Shown: one piece after another, positions 22,089-31,361 of the stretch
Layout of the letters: each line of letters opens with the position of its first letter
How positions within the stretch are numbered: the stretch's first letter is position 1
Assembly: GCA_045613905.1 (NCBI GenBank)
Contig: JAZLBW010000034.1
Span: 20,715-84,714 of the forward strand
Source: Candidatus Caccoplasma sp.
GTDB lineage: Bacteria > Bacteroidota > Bacteroidia > Bacteroidales > G3-4614
Direction: 5' to 3'
DNA: 64,000 nucleotides
Notes under the pieces: model-generated
The model's database searches: none
What the model was told of the DNA's origin: nothing
What the model saw: the letters and a program-made list of their open reading frames with translations, nothing else
Made by a program: the position numbers and the translations under genes

Positions 22089-22103
22089 TTTTTTGAGGGA
22101 GAA

Positions 22104-22847
22104 CTAACAACTCTTTTTTGGCAGGTAGTCGGGCATGATATTCTCCATGCTTTTCCAAATGCTGCTCTTAACATTAGGGTTAAGTTTTTCAAGGTCGGCA
22201 ATAACCTTTTCGGCATCGCTTCTGAAACTGCTCTTTTCGTAAGGACAACTCTTTTTTTGAATAACATACCCTTCGTTCGCAGCCAACTCTTTAATATCGC
22301 GCTCCTCAATCAATGCCAATGGTCTTATAATGGCAACGTCAAACTTGTTCATCTGCATAAGCGGAGGCATCGATGAAAAAGAACCTTGAAAAGCCATATT
22401 CATAATAAGAGTGGCAATAATGTCATCTTTATGGTGCCCCAAAGCAATGCGTTTAAACCCATTTTTTTTTGCATATTCAAAAATAGCTTTGCGTCTGTAC
22501 CACGAACACAAAAAACAAGGCGATTTGCGTTTGTCTTTTGTTAAGTCGATAGAGATGTCAATAACCTCGAACTCAACACCGAGTTTTTCGCAGAAGCACT
22601 TCAAGTATTCAGTATCCGAGGCATAACCCATACCTTCGTTTCTGATATGTAGTGCGGTAACGCTGAATTTAGGTGCATGAATTTTAGAACGCATGGCAAG
22701 CAATTGGGTAAGAGCCAATGAGTCTTTACCGCCTGAAAGACCAATCAGAACCTTATCTCCGTCGTTGATAAGACCATAATCTTTAATACATGTTCTTACC
22801 AACTTGTCGCACTTTTTGAGTAATGAATTGCTATCTGTTTGCATCAT
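22104..22847 (-). CDS. ttcA: tRNA 2-thiocytidine biosynthesis protein, TtcA family
   Basis: PP-loop SGGKDS, SPCFLCSWYRR, ALGHHKDD, IIRPL, CP; ORF extends to an alternative start at 22874. Confidence 0.85.
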   Translation of the reverse strand: MMQTDSNSLLKKCDKLVRTCIKDYGLINDGDKVLIGLSGGKDSLALTQLLAMRSKIHAPKFSVTALHIRNEGMGYASDTEYLKCFCEKLGVEFEVIDISIDLTKDKRKSPCFLCSWYRRKAIFEYAKKNGFKRIALGHHKDDIIATLIMNMAFQGSFSSMPPLMQMNKFDVAIIRPLALIEERDIKELAANEGYVIQKKSCPYEKSSFRSDAEKVIADLEKLNPNVKSSIWKSMENIMPDYLPKKSC

Positions 22848-22978
22848 AAAAATTTTGAGTTGCAAATTTACCATTTTCTTACGTGATATAAGAGATTTTT
22901 ATGGTAAAAATTCAAACACTTTCTTAAACTTTTCCTTAATTTTGTGTTCTATATAATAAACAAGCAATACCCCGATAA

Positions 22979-23437
22979 ATGCAAATAAAGACAAAAATAT
23001 ATTCGATGCGTCCCATGCGGTTTGTAAACATAATACTGCATCTTCAACTTAAACGCTATCGTTATGTTGCAATAGCCGTTGCAATATTATTGGTGGCGCT
23101 GCCCATAATAAAGTTACAGTACATATACGCATCAATAATATTGCTTTTCGGTACGGTACCATTTATAATATTTCATCTCTACTTTTCGGCACTTACGCAA
23201 ATAAAGATAAGTCCGTTTGCTGATAAATATCTCCTGATTGAGGATGATAAACTAATCGTAGTGCCAACAGTGGGAGAGGAGAAAGAGTATGCAAAAACAG
23301 AAATAAAATACTTAGGATATAATAGCGGCTACTACATACTATCAACTCCCGACAAAGGGTTGCTGATGGTATCTGCCGAAGCCTTTAATGACGAGAGTGA
23401 ACGAAATAAATTTTTAAAAACCTACTCGGCAAATTAA
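22979..23437 (+). CDS. Hypothetical membrane protein (YcxB-like architecture)
   Basis: Two TM helices followed by a small soluble domain. Confidence 0.6.
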   Translation: MQIKTKIYSMRPMRFVNIILHLQLKRYRYVAIAVAILLVALPIIKLQYIYASIILLFGTVPFIIFHLYFSALTQIKISPFADKYLLIEDDKLIVVPTVGEEKEYAKTEIKYLGYNSGYYILSTPDKGLLMVSAEAFNDESERNKFLKTYSAN

Positions 23438-23474
23438 ACAATATTGCTACCTTTGTATTCCAAACAAAGAAACT

Positions 23475-24899
23475 ATGAAAAGAGTAACCCATATAATCGT
23501 ATCTCTAATTCTATCAGCATTGCCTTTCGCTTTATCAGCGCAAACACTCGAGGAGGCAAAAAAGATGTATAAGCAAGGCGAATTTGCGAAACCAAAAGAG
23601 GTGTTTAAAAAACAGCTCAAGAGTCGTCCAAACGATGCAAATTTCAACCAATGGTATGGAGTATGTCTTTACGAAACAGGCGAAGGAGAAAAGGCAGTAC
23701 CATATCTGCAAAAAGCGGCAAAGAAGAAGATTCAGGACTCATACCTATATTTGGGGAAAATTGCGTTTGATGCCTATAAGTTTACCGAGGCAAAAGAGTA
23801 TTTCTCGCAATATACCGATGCTCTTGAAGGAAACAAAAGAGATACAGAACCGGGAGAGAGATTATATGATAGAGCGGCAAAATGTGAGTCGATGCTAAAA
23901 AGAACAGAAAAGGTTCGAATTATAGACTCATTAAAGGTGTCGCGCGATAGATTTTTGGAGGCATATAAACTATCACACGAATGTGGAACACTATCATACT
24001 TTTCAGATATGTTTGAAGATGAAGATTTAGACGGAACACTATACAAAAATCAACGTGATGATAAAGTAATATATGCAACAGCTTCAGATAGCATCTACAC
24101 CATAAAGATGCGAAACCGTATGAACGACGGAAATTGGAGCGAAGAGATTCCCGTTGATGTTATGCCTGAAGTGGGAGGAAACAAAGCATACCCATATCTG
24201 TTAAGCGATGGCCTTACCATATATTTTGCATCAGATAACGACTCACTATCAATAGGAGGGTTCGATATATTTGTGACGCGAAAAAACTTAAATAGCGATT
24301 TATATCTCGCGCCAAACAATGTTGGAATGCCCTTCAACTCTACAGCTAACGACTATATGATGGTTGTTGATGAGTATCACAACATAGGCTGGTTTGCCAC
24401 AGATCGCAACCAACACCCCGATAGTGTAGTAGTATATACATATATACCAAACGAGGTTAAAGAGATATATCCAACACTCTCTTTAGATGAAATAATACCA
24501 TACGCACAAATCATATCAATCTCACAAACATGGGTAGAGGGAGAAGAAGAGGATTACAAAGTATTATTAAGCCAATTAGACACACCCTCTGCTCCTAAAG
24601 AAGATAAAGAAAAAGCAGAGTTTGAATTTGTGGTATCACCAGGAATAATTTATACAAAATACTCGCAATTTAAGAGCAACAGTGCATTGGAGTCGTACAA
24701 ACGTTCCGAGGAACTTGAACGTGAAATAGAGAAACAGAAAGCAATACTCAAAGGATTGCGTAAAGAGTATTCAAATGCATCGCAATCTCAACGAGAGCAA
24801 CTTGCTCCCTCAATCTTAAAAGCAGAGGAGTATATTAAAACTCTATACCCTCAACCCAAGCAGTATCGAAATGCAGCGAGGATAGAGGAGATTAAGTAG
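23475..24899 (+). CDS. Secreted TPR protein with PD40-like propeller segment
   Basis: Signal peptide, TPR N-terminus, YPYLLSDGLTIYFAS, GGFDIFVT, NVGMPFNSTANDY, GWFATDR. Confidence 0.8.
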   Translation: MKRVTHIIVSLILSALPFALSAQTLEEAKKMYKQGEFAKPKEVFKKQLKSRPNDANFNQWYGVCLYETGEGEKAVPYLQKAAKKKIQDSYLYLGKIAFDAYKFTEAKEYFSQYTDALEGNKRDTEPGERLYDRAAKCESMLKRTEKVRIIDSLKVSRDRFLEAYKLSHECGTLSYFSDMFEDEDLDGTLYKNQRDDKVIYATASDSIYTIKMRNRMNDGNWSEEIPVDVMPEVGGNKAYPYLLSDGLTIYFASDNDSLSIGGFDIFVTRKNLNSDLYLAPNNVGMPFNSTANDYMMVVDEYHNIGWFATDRNQHPDSVVVYTYIPNEVKEIYPTLSLDEIIPYAQIISISQTWVEGEEEDYKVLLSQLDTPSAPKEDKEKAEFEFVVSPGIIYTKYSQFKSNSALESYKRSEELEREIEKQKAILKGLRKEYSNASQSQREQLAPSILKAEEYIKTLYPQPKQYRNAARIEEIK

Positions 24900-24909
24900 T
24901 TTTTAGTTT

Positions 24910-24942
24910 AAACGGAGTTGTACTTCAAGTACAACTCCGTTT
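24910..24942. terminator. Near-perfect 33-bp palindrome, likely bidirectional terminator
   Basis: aaacggagttgtactt-c-aagtacaactccgttt between convergent genes. Confidence 0.7.
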
Positions 24943-24998
24943 GCTTCTATTGACCTAATTTGTCCAATCAGCCCAATTGGACTAACAACTAACAAAGC

Positions 24999-25080
24999 TG
25001 CGAGTAAGTGAATACAATGCCAAATTTATTTGAGCATTGTTGAGCGAGAGCAGGTTCAACAAACGAATGTTTGTTAACTG
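24999..25080 (+). repeat. Dispersed two-hairpin intergenic element, copy 1
   Basis: TGCGAGTAAG left end; hairpin acaatgc-caaa-TTTA-tttg-a-gcattgt; CAGGTTC-aacaaac-GAAT-gtttgtt-AACT; homologous to 47902, 49919, 51007 and 61393. Confidence 0.75.
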
Positions 25081-25092
25081 AAAGCAGACAAC

Positions 25093-26124
25093 TTACAACA
25101 ATTGAATATTATGTTTCAAACACTCTGCAATTTGCTCTTCGGGCCAGATACTTGCTTGAACCTCTCCTATGTGAGCCTTTTGAAGTAGGTACATACACAA
25201 ACGAGATTGACCGATACCGCCACCAATTGAAAGGGGAAGTTCGTCGTTCAACAACATTTTGTGGAAGCTCAACTCAGCACGTTCGGGGCAACCTTTAATC
25301 TCCAATTGGCTCTTAAGAGCAACTTTGTCAACCCTGATACCCATTGATGATAGCTCAAAAGGAATATCCAAAATGGTGTTCCACAACATAATATCACCAT
25401 TCAAACCACGGAATCCGTCGCTATTCATAGTCACCCAATCGTCGTAGTCGGGAGCGCGACCATCATGAGGCTCTCCGTTCGATAGGTTCGAACCAATACC
25501 AATTATAAACACTGCACCATATTTCTTTGTGATTTTAGCTTCGCGCTCTTTTGGAGTGCAGTCGGGGTATAGTTGCAATAACTCCTCCGAGTTAATAAAT
25601 TTAATCTTTTCAGGCAAGAATGGAGTAATGTGAGGGAAGCTCTCATAAACCTCCAACTCCAACTCTTTTATTATTGCATAAAGTTTGTTTACAACTTCTT
25701 TAAGATATTCAAGGTTGCGTTCTTTCTCAGTAATAACTTGTTCCCAATCCCATTGGTCAACGTATAAAGAGTGTAGGTTATCCAAATCCTCATCGCAACG
25801 AATGGCGTTCATATCGGTATATATTCCATAACCCGGAGATATTCCGTAAGCTCCCAATTTCATGCGTTTCCATTTAGCAAGAGAGTGAACAACCTCAGCA
25901 CGTTTACCCATACATTTGATGTTAAACGAGACGGGAGCCTCTTTACCACTTAAATCGTCATTAATACCTGTTCCCGACAATACAAACAAAGGGGCAGTAA
26001 CGCGACGAAGATTAAGTTTCTTTTTAAGTTTGTCTTGAAACGAAACTTTCAAAGTTTTAATGGCCTCCTCGGTAGTTTCGGGAAGCAATTTAAGTTTATA
26101 GTTTCTTGGTATTATAAGTGCCAT
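25093..26124 (-). CDS. asnA: Aspartate--ammonia ligase
   Basis: EVVHSLAKWKR, SLYVDQWDWE, HDGRAPDYDDW, SIGGGIGQSR. Confidence 0.96.
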   Translation of the reverse strand: MALIIPRNYKLKLLPETTEEAIKTLKVSFQDKLKKKLNLRRVTAPLFVLSGTGINDDLSGKEAPVSFNIKCMGKRAEVVHSLAKWKRMKLGAYGISPGYGIYTDMNAIRCDEDLDNLHSLYVDQWDWEQVITEKERNLEYLKEVVNKLYAIIKELELEVYESFPHITPFLPEKIKFINSEELLQLYPDCTPKEREAKITKKYGAVFIIGIGSNLSNGEPHDGRAPDYDDWVTMNSDGFRGLNGDIMLWNTILDIPFELSSMGIRVDKVALKSQLEIKGCPERAELSFHKMLLNDELPLSIGGGIGQSRLCMYLLQKAHIGEVQASIWPEEQIAECLKHNIQLL

Positions 26125-26209
26125 AATAGGTTCAAAACATTTTTTTATACAAATATTCTGCGAATATACGAAAAATAGCTAATTAATGAATCAAAAAAAC
26201 GAAAAACTC

Positions 26210-27367
26210 TTACAAATATCTATTATCGGGGTATAATAAATATTGGTTTCGTAACTTTTTGTATCCGTCAAGTTCTTTTTTCCAACGAGCTTTAATCTCT
26301 TGTTCGGTTTTCCCATTTATAATATCCGAGCGAAGTTGCCCGTCTCCCGAAAGCTTTTCAAAAAAGTTGTTGCTATTAAAGAATTTATCTTTGTTTGAGG
26401 AGTTTTTATACATCTCAATTAAATATTTAAGAGAGAAACCCTGAGGGTTTGCTTCGTTTCTTAAATCAATACCATAGCAAGTTTGCCCCTTGTGTAGAGG
26501 ATTTTTGTCAAACCCTTCAAGAGAGAGGGGAGTAAATGAAAACTCACCTAAACTCTTATCTGGTGCGCCAATCATCTGAAATGGATGGTATGTGCCACGT
26601 CCCACGCTTATGGTTGTGGCCTCAAACAGACAAAGCGAGGGATAAAGAGCAATGCTCTGAGAATTTGGAAGGTTGGGTGAAGGCTTGATTTTTAATTCAT
26701 AGCTATCTCCATGTCGCCAGCCATCAACTCTTATAACCCTAAGGTTTAAATTTTTAGTCTCTCCCCAATTCTCCCCTTTAATCATCGTGGCAAGTTCTCC
26801 AACTGTAAGCCCATGCATGATAGGCAAGGGGAGTGTGCCTACAAACGATTTATATTTCATGTCCAACATAGCCCCATCGACAAAGTCGTTAGGGTTGGGG
26901 CGGTCAAGAATCAAAAACTCTTTGTTGTATTCTGTAGCCGACTGCATGGCATAATACATTGTTGAGATATATGTATAAAACCTTGCTCCAACGTCTTGAA
27001 TGTCAAACACAATCATGTCGATATCCAATAGTTGTTCTGCATTAGGCTTTTTGTTTTTTCCGTAAAGCGAAATAATCTTTACTCCGCTTTTTGAATCTAT
27101 CCCATCCTTAACACTCTCTCCTGCATCGGCATTACCTCTAAACCCATGCTCGGGAGCAAAAATGGTATTTATTTTAACTCCTCTTGCAATGAGAGTATCA
27201 ACAATATGAGTACCGTTTTCGGTTACCGATGTTTGGTTTACAATAAGAGCAACCCTTTTGTTTGTCGTTACATTTAAAATCTCCTCAATCTTGTCTGCTC
27301 CGCATTTTACTCGGGCATTTGCAAGAACAAAAGAGAATAGGAATATAATTGTTACAAATCTTTTCAT
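26210..27367 (-). CDS. DUF1343/NamZ-family exo-beta-N-acetylmuramidase
   Basis: FAPEHGFRG, FDIQDVGARFYTY, LDRPNP, HGLTVGELA, PSPNLP, SVGRGT. Confidence 0.9.
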   Translation of the reverse strand: MKRFVTIIFLFSFVLANARVKCGADKIEEILNVTTNKRVALIVNQTSVTENGTHIVDTLIARGVKINTIFAPEHGFRGNADAGESVKDGIDSKSGVKIISLYGKNKKPNAEQLLDIDMIVFDIQDVGARFYTYISTMYYAMQSATEYNKEFLILDRPNPNDFVDGAMLDMKYKSFVGTLPLPIMHGLTVGELATMIKGENWGETKNLNLRVIRVDGWRHGDSYELKIKPSPNLPNSQSIALYPSLCLFEATTISVGRGTYHPFQMIGAPDKSLGEFSFTPLSLEGFDKNPLHKGQTCYGIDLRNEANPQGFSLKYLIEMYKNSSNKDKFFNSNNFFEKLSGDGQLRSDIINGKTEQEIKARWKKELDGYKKLRNQYLLYPDNRYL

Positions 27368-27458
27368 CTTTTTGGTAGCTATATATTACAAAAGTAAGCA
27401 ATCCTTTGTCCGAAACAAAAAAAATAACTAAAATTGCAAAAATAAACACTATAAAAAT

Positions 27459-27905
27459 ATGAAACACTATACTAAAAGTATAATAATAGCATTTTTTGCC
27501 CTCTTGTCATGTGGTGTTACCTATGCTCAAGAGGCAGTCAAGGATACTGTAATATTTTCGCGCACTTGTAAATTTGAGGAGTCTATCGACATTATAGGCT
27601 TTGAAAAACGATTGAAGGATAAAGACGAACTCTATATTGTTCGTAATAATACTCAACACACAATAACTCTTATAAAGTTGAGAGTCTTTTACAAGACCAC
27701 AACAGATGAAATGTTGGATTATCGCGATGTAATTCTTCGAGGAGAGTTTTTGCCTCAAACAACAAAACAATTTGAGGTTGAAAGTTTCGATAAAGGCAAA
27801 CGCTACTATTACTTTCAATCGCCAGATCAGAACCCCAAGTTAGAGGGTTATCCCTTTAAGATAACCTATGAGCTCCTTCGTTACGATGTGGCGGTTACTA
27901 AATAA
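27459..27905 (+). CDS. Hypothetical secreted protein
   Basis: Signal peptide ending TYA-Q; 148 aa. Confidence 0.7.
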   Translation: MKHYTKSIIIAFFALLSCGVTYAQEAVKDTVIFSRTCKFEESIDIIGFEKRLKDKDELYIVRNNTQHTITLIKLRVFYKTTTDEMLDYRDVILRGEFLPQTTKQFEVESFDKGKRYYYFQSPDQNPKLEGYPFKITYELLRYDVAVTK

Positions 27906-28003
27906 TTAGGAATTAGGAATGAGAAATTAGAAATGTCCTATTTAATTAGAAATTTAATTCCTAATTCCTGATTGTGACGAAGTCACGTTCTAATTTCTAA
28001 TTC
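27903..28003. repeat. Inverted arrays of AATTAGG/AATTAGA heptamers with a GTGAC-GAA-GTCAC mini-hairpin
   Basis: Forward heptamers at 27903-27935, reverse heptamers (aattcct/aatttct) at 27956-28003. Confidence 0.7.
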
Positions 28004-28098
28004 AATAAAACATTCGCTCCATAAAATGTGTTATAGAGAGGGATAACCAAAGGGTTATTCCTCTTTTTAGTTTAACATTTTAATTGGAGGACAAATTT

Positions 28099-28527
28099 AT
28101 GATGCCTGTAAAAAAAGGGCAGAACTGGCTGCCTATGATTTTTCACGATTTTTTTGGTAACGAGTGGATTGAACGAGCAAAAAGTACTTCAACTCCTGCG
28201 GTGAATATCATTGAGAATGATAAGGAGTATGAGGTTCAGATTGCAGCTCCCGGAGTTGGCAAAGATGATATTTCTGTAAATATCAACGAAGATAACTACC
28301 TCGAAATAACAGTTGAGGAGAAGAAAGAGAATGACGAAAAAGATAAAAAAGGAAAATATCTTCGTCGTGAGTTCTCATTCTCTCAATTCCGTCAAACACT
28401 TGCTCTGCCCGATAATATCGAAGCCGATAAAATTGAGGCAACACAGCACAACGGAATATTAAAAGTGGTAATACCCAAAAAGGCGTTGCCGGCACCAAAA
28501 GAGCCTAAAAAGATAGCAATAAAATAG
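28099..28527 (+). CDS. Small heat-shock protein (Hsp20/alpha-crystallin)
   Basis: PAVNIIE, AAPG, YLRREFSFSQFRQTLALP, NGILKVVIPK; ATG at 28099 preceded by GGAGG. Confidence 0.93.
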   Translation: MMPVKKGQNWLPMIFHDFFGNEWIERAKSTSTPAVNIIENDKEYEVQIAAPGVGKDDISVNINEDNYLEITVEEKKENDEKDKKGKYLRREFSFSQFRQTLALPDNIEADKIEATQHNGILKVVIPKKALPAPKEPKKIAIK

Positions 28528-28647
28528 GAAGCCTAAAAAGCCTATTTCTTCGTTATGCTCGCTCTCGAAATCCTCATTTACGTTTAGTAAACTGCGGTTT
28601 CTTGAGCATCGCAAGCCTTGAACTATAACTTTTTATCTCTTCCTATT
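28523..28647. repeat. MITE-like nested palindromic element
   Basis: Terminal inverted repeats aataggaag..taaaaag / cttttta..cttcctatt; central tttac-gttta-gtaaa; core similar (reverse strand) to 43715-43788; partial second left end at 28658-28687. Confidence 0.55.
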
Positions 28648-28754
28648 ATTGGGAAGTGAAGCCTAAAAAGCGTATTTCAATGTTATGAACAGAAGTACAC
28701 TTCCTACAAAACGAGGGTATTTCTGTTATTGCGGAGTACCCTCGTTCTGTGTTT

Positions 28755-29942
28755 TTATCTTCTTATTCGCCAAGTATAGTTTCTGTACGAACTGTTCTTG
28801 CCAAGAACAGCAAAGCGGATATTCTCTATGGGGCGAGTAAAATCGTAAAAGAGAGTCTCAAAACCGTTAACTCCACAGTTTAATGTTTTTGAGGCTCTGT
28901 TTATAATAATGCTTTGGCTTAAATATCTTATTGCAAACAAACAAATGGCTATAGTGTATAGCAAATAGTTAGTGATTATTCCCCAAACAACCACAGCAAC
29001 AAAACTGATGTAAAACAAAATACAGCTTATCTGCTCGATACCAAAAACGAAATGAGCCGAGGTCTTTAAAATCTTATCGGTAAAAGAGCGTCTCAAGCGC
29101 ATCTCTCTCAAGTCACCGTTAATATCGTACATTCTGTTTTCAATGGCAGCATCGCTCGACAGTTCAACGCGACAATTCTCTTTTGTCATAATCTCGTTGG
29201 CAAAAATATCATCTTCGCCATACTGAACCGATAGGTTGCTCGAAAATCCTTTGTTGTTAAAGAACAGCTCTTTTCTAATAAACATATTTGTTCCCTCTCC
29301 CATATAGGGGCGGTGCATGATTGCGTAGCTGAAGAATTTTAGTTTGAAGAATAGACGATAGAATCTATAACTCCATTTAGCTCTCTCTTCGCCCTTTTCA
29401 TAACTGTTGCCAATAACAATATCAATGTCGGTAATAAAGTTTCGAATTATCTTAGCCAACCATTTGTTTGAAGTGGGGCGACAGAAAGCATCCGAAAAAC
29501 CAACAATGTCATATTTTGTGGCTTTAATACCTACGGTTAGAGCAAGTTTCTTTCTGCTTAACGAATGAGCCTCTCTGGGAACATATGTGTAACTCAAATT
29601 GGGGTATCTCTTTTTAAGAAGAGTTACAGTATCCTTTAAATCGCTATCATCTCCATCATTAACAATAACAACCTCAAAGTTGGGATAATCTTGTTCTAAA
29701 AAGGCAATAATGTGTTGTTCTATATCGTCAAAATTCTCATTGCAATATATAATAACAGAAACATTAGGTTTTGCCGCACTGTGCCAAATTTTTCCCTTCT
29801 CGCTCTTTTTTGTATAACGTGTAGGTTTTGCAAACAGAGCAATGTAGAAGAAGCATTGAATAAACCATATGAAAGCAAGTGATGCCAAACCCCAGAGTTC
29901 GGCAGTAGAGAAATTTTCGATAAAAAAAGTATATATATACAT
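28755..29942 (-). CDS. Membrane glycosyltransferase family 2
   Basis: VSVIIY...LEQDYPNFEVVIVND, RKKLALTVGIK, GEDDIF, flanking TM helices. Confidence 0.88.
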   Translation of the reverse strand: MYIYTFFIENFSTAELWGLASLAFIWFIQCFFYIALFAKPTRYTKKSEKGKIWHSAAKPNVSVIIYCNENFDDIEQHIIAFLEQDYPNFEVVIVNDGDDSDLKDTVTLLKKRYPNLSYTYVPREAHSLSRKKLALTVGIKATKYDIVGFSDAFCRPTSNKWLAKIIRNFITDIDIVIGNSYEKGEERAKWSYRFYRLFFKLKFFSYAIMHRPYMGEGTNMFIRKELFFNNKGFSSNLSVQYGEDDIFANEIMTKENCRVELSSDAAIENRMYDINGDLREMRLRRSFTDKILKTSAHFVFGIEQISCILFYISFVAVVVWGIITNYLLYTIAICLFAIRYLSQSIIINRASKTLNCGVNGFETLFYDFTRPIENIRFAVLGKNSSYRNYTWRIRR

Positions 29943-29968
29943 TATTCTCTTTAAAAATAAGGCAAATA

Positions 29969-30721
29969 TTAAACGGTCAATAGTTCGTTGTTTTTAATGG
30001 CGGGAGCAAGTCTCTCTGCAATTGCAGGATACTCTTTCGATTTAAGAAAACGATTGATAACCTCAACGTGTCCGAAGTGATGGAGATCGGTACCAACAAA
30101 CGAAACATATCCTCTATTGGCTAACCACAACGCAGTCTCTTTTTCCCTATCTCCATAGTATCCTGCCAAAGAAAGAAGGTTGATTTGAAAATCGCAACCG
30201 GCATTAAACAGTTCTTCATAAACCTCTTTCTTGCGTTGGTAGTAACCATAGCGTTCGGGGTGGGCAAGAATAGGCTTAATATCTTTTAGCTGAAGTTCAT
30301 AAATTATATTCTTCAGGTCTATGGGAGGTTGAACAAAAGAGTTTTCGATTAGCAGATAATTGTTTGGCATAACAAGCAGATTGTCATCTTCAATCATCTT
30401 TCTGAATCTGTCGTCGATTCTGTGCTCTGCCGAGAAATTCACATTCATTTCCATCCCTGCATCAAGCATACGGGTAGATAGTTTGTCGTAAGCTTTTTTG
30501 ATAGTTTGAGGAGTGTTTTCAAAATTCTCTTCTGCAATATGCGGAGTTGCAATAATAGCTGTTATACCCCAACTCTTCATTGCATCCAAAAGAGCCATGG
30601 AAACATCTGTGTTTGGCGAACCATCATCTATACCCGGAAGAACATGTGAATGTATATCTGTAGAGTAAAAAAGTTTTTGAGGTTCAGCCTTTTCTTTCTT
30701 TTTAAAGATGTTGAATAACAT
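29969..30721 (-). CDS. CpsB/CapC-type PHP protein-tyrosine phosphatase
   Basis: DIHSHVLPGIDDGS, ATPH, ILAHPERY, GTDLH. Confidence 0.9.
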   Translation of the reverse strand: MLFNIFKKKEKAEPQKLFYSTDIHSHVLPGIDDGSPNTDVSMALLDAMKSWGITAIIATPHIAEENFENTPQTIKKAYDKLSTRMLDAGMEMNVNFSAEHRIDDRFRKMIEDDNLLVMPNNYLLIENSFVQPPIDLKNIIYELQLKDIKPILAHPERYGYYQRKKEVYEELFNAGCDFQINLLSLAGYYGDREKETALWLANRGYVSFVGTDLHHFGHVEVINRFLKSKEYPAIAERLAPAIKNNELLTV

Positions 30722-30953
30722 TATCTTCGTCGCTATTAAAAACAAATGCGAAGATACTACTTTTTTTTGAGAGACGAAAGTCCCTTTTTATATATAAAGA
30801 TTAACTATTGAGAATTATTCAATAAAAAAGAGTATAAAACTTTTTGTCAAGTAAAAAATTTTGAGTACCTTTGCGTGCCATTACGAGAGAACTATATATG
30901 CACGCCACCAACGTGCTACTAATTTCGGAAACAATTAAAAATACAATATAACA

Positions 30954-31211
30954 ATGAAAAAAGGACTTCACCCCGAAAATTACCGCGAGGTTGTTTTCAA
31001 AGATATGTCGAACGAGGAGATCTTCATCACACGTTCAACAGTAGCAACAAAAGAGACAATTGAGGTTGATGGTGTAACTTATCCTTTGGTAAAACTTGAG
31101 ATTACCAATACTTCACACCCATTCTTCACAGGTAAACAAAAACTTGTCGATACAGCAGGTCGCGTAGATAAGTTCATGAGCCGTTACGCAAAATTTGCGA
31201 AGAAGAAATAA
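30954..31211 (+). CDS. rpmE2: 50S ribosomal protein L31 type B
   Basis: [17 protein letters not shown]...[21 protein letters not shown], no Cys; TACCTTTG -7 box at 30866-30873. Confidence 0.96.
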   Translation: MKKGLHPENYREVVFKDMSNEEIFITRSTVATKETIEVDGVTYPLVKLEITNTSHPFFTGKQKLVDTAGRVDKFMSRYAKFAKKK

Positions 31212-31230
31212 TTGTTATAACGCAATATGG

Positions 31231-31262
31231 AAAAAGCCTTGCAGCAATGCAAGGCTTTTTTT
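31231..31262. terminator. Bidirectional terminator between rpmE2 and clpB
   Basis: aaaaagccttgca-gcaa-tgcaaggcttttttt. Confidence 0.8.
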
Positions 31263-31298
31263 GTATATCGGGTTGTTATAAACTTGAAGTTTTTTAAT

Positions 31299-31338
31299 AT
31301 TAGTCCAATTAGTCTAATTAGACCAATTTGGTCTAATT
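31299..31338. repeat. Nonamer tract (ATTAGTCCA-like)n
   Basis: attagtcca attagtcta attagacca atttggtct; similar units at about 24951-24985 and 63718-63736. Confidence 0.6.
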
Positions 31339-31361
31339 TTTCATAGGGGAAGAACTTAATT

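Noticed and set aside
24981-24995. AAC-rich stretches (actaacaactaacaa; also near 63732) as DGR template repeats
   Set aside because: Too short, period 7 rather than 3, and no similarity to either VR scaffold; they are reverse heptamer tracts.
28037-28068. Hairpin upstream of hsp20 as an RNA thermometer
   Set aside because: It does not cover the GGAGG or ATG and has a T-tail; it is better explained as the terminator of the upstream gene.
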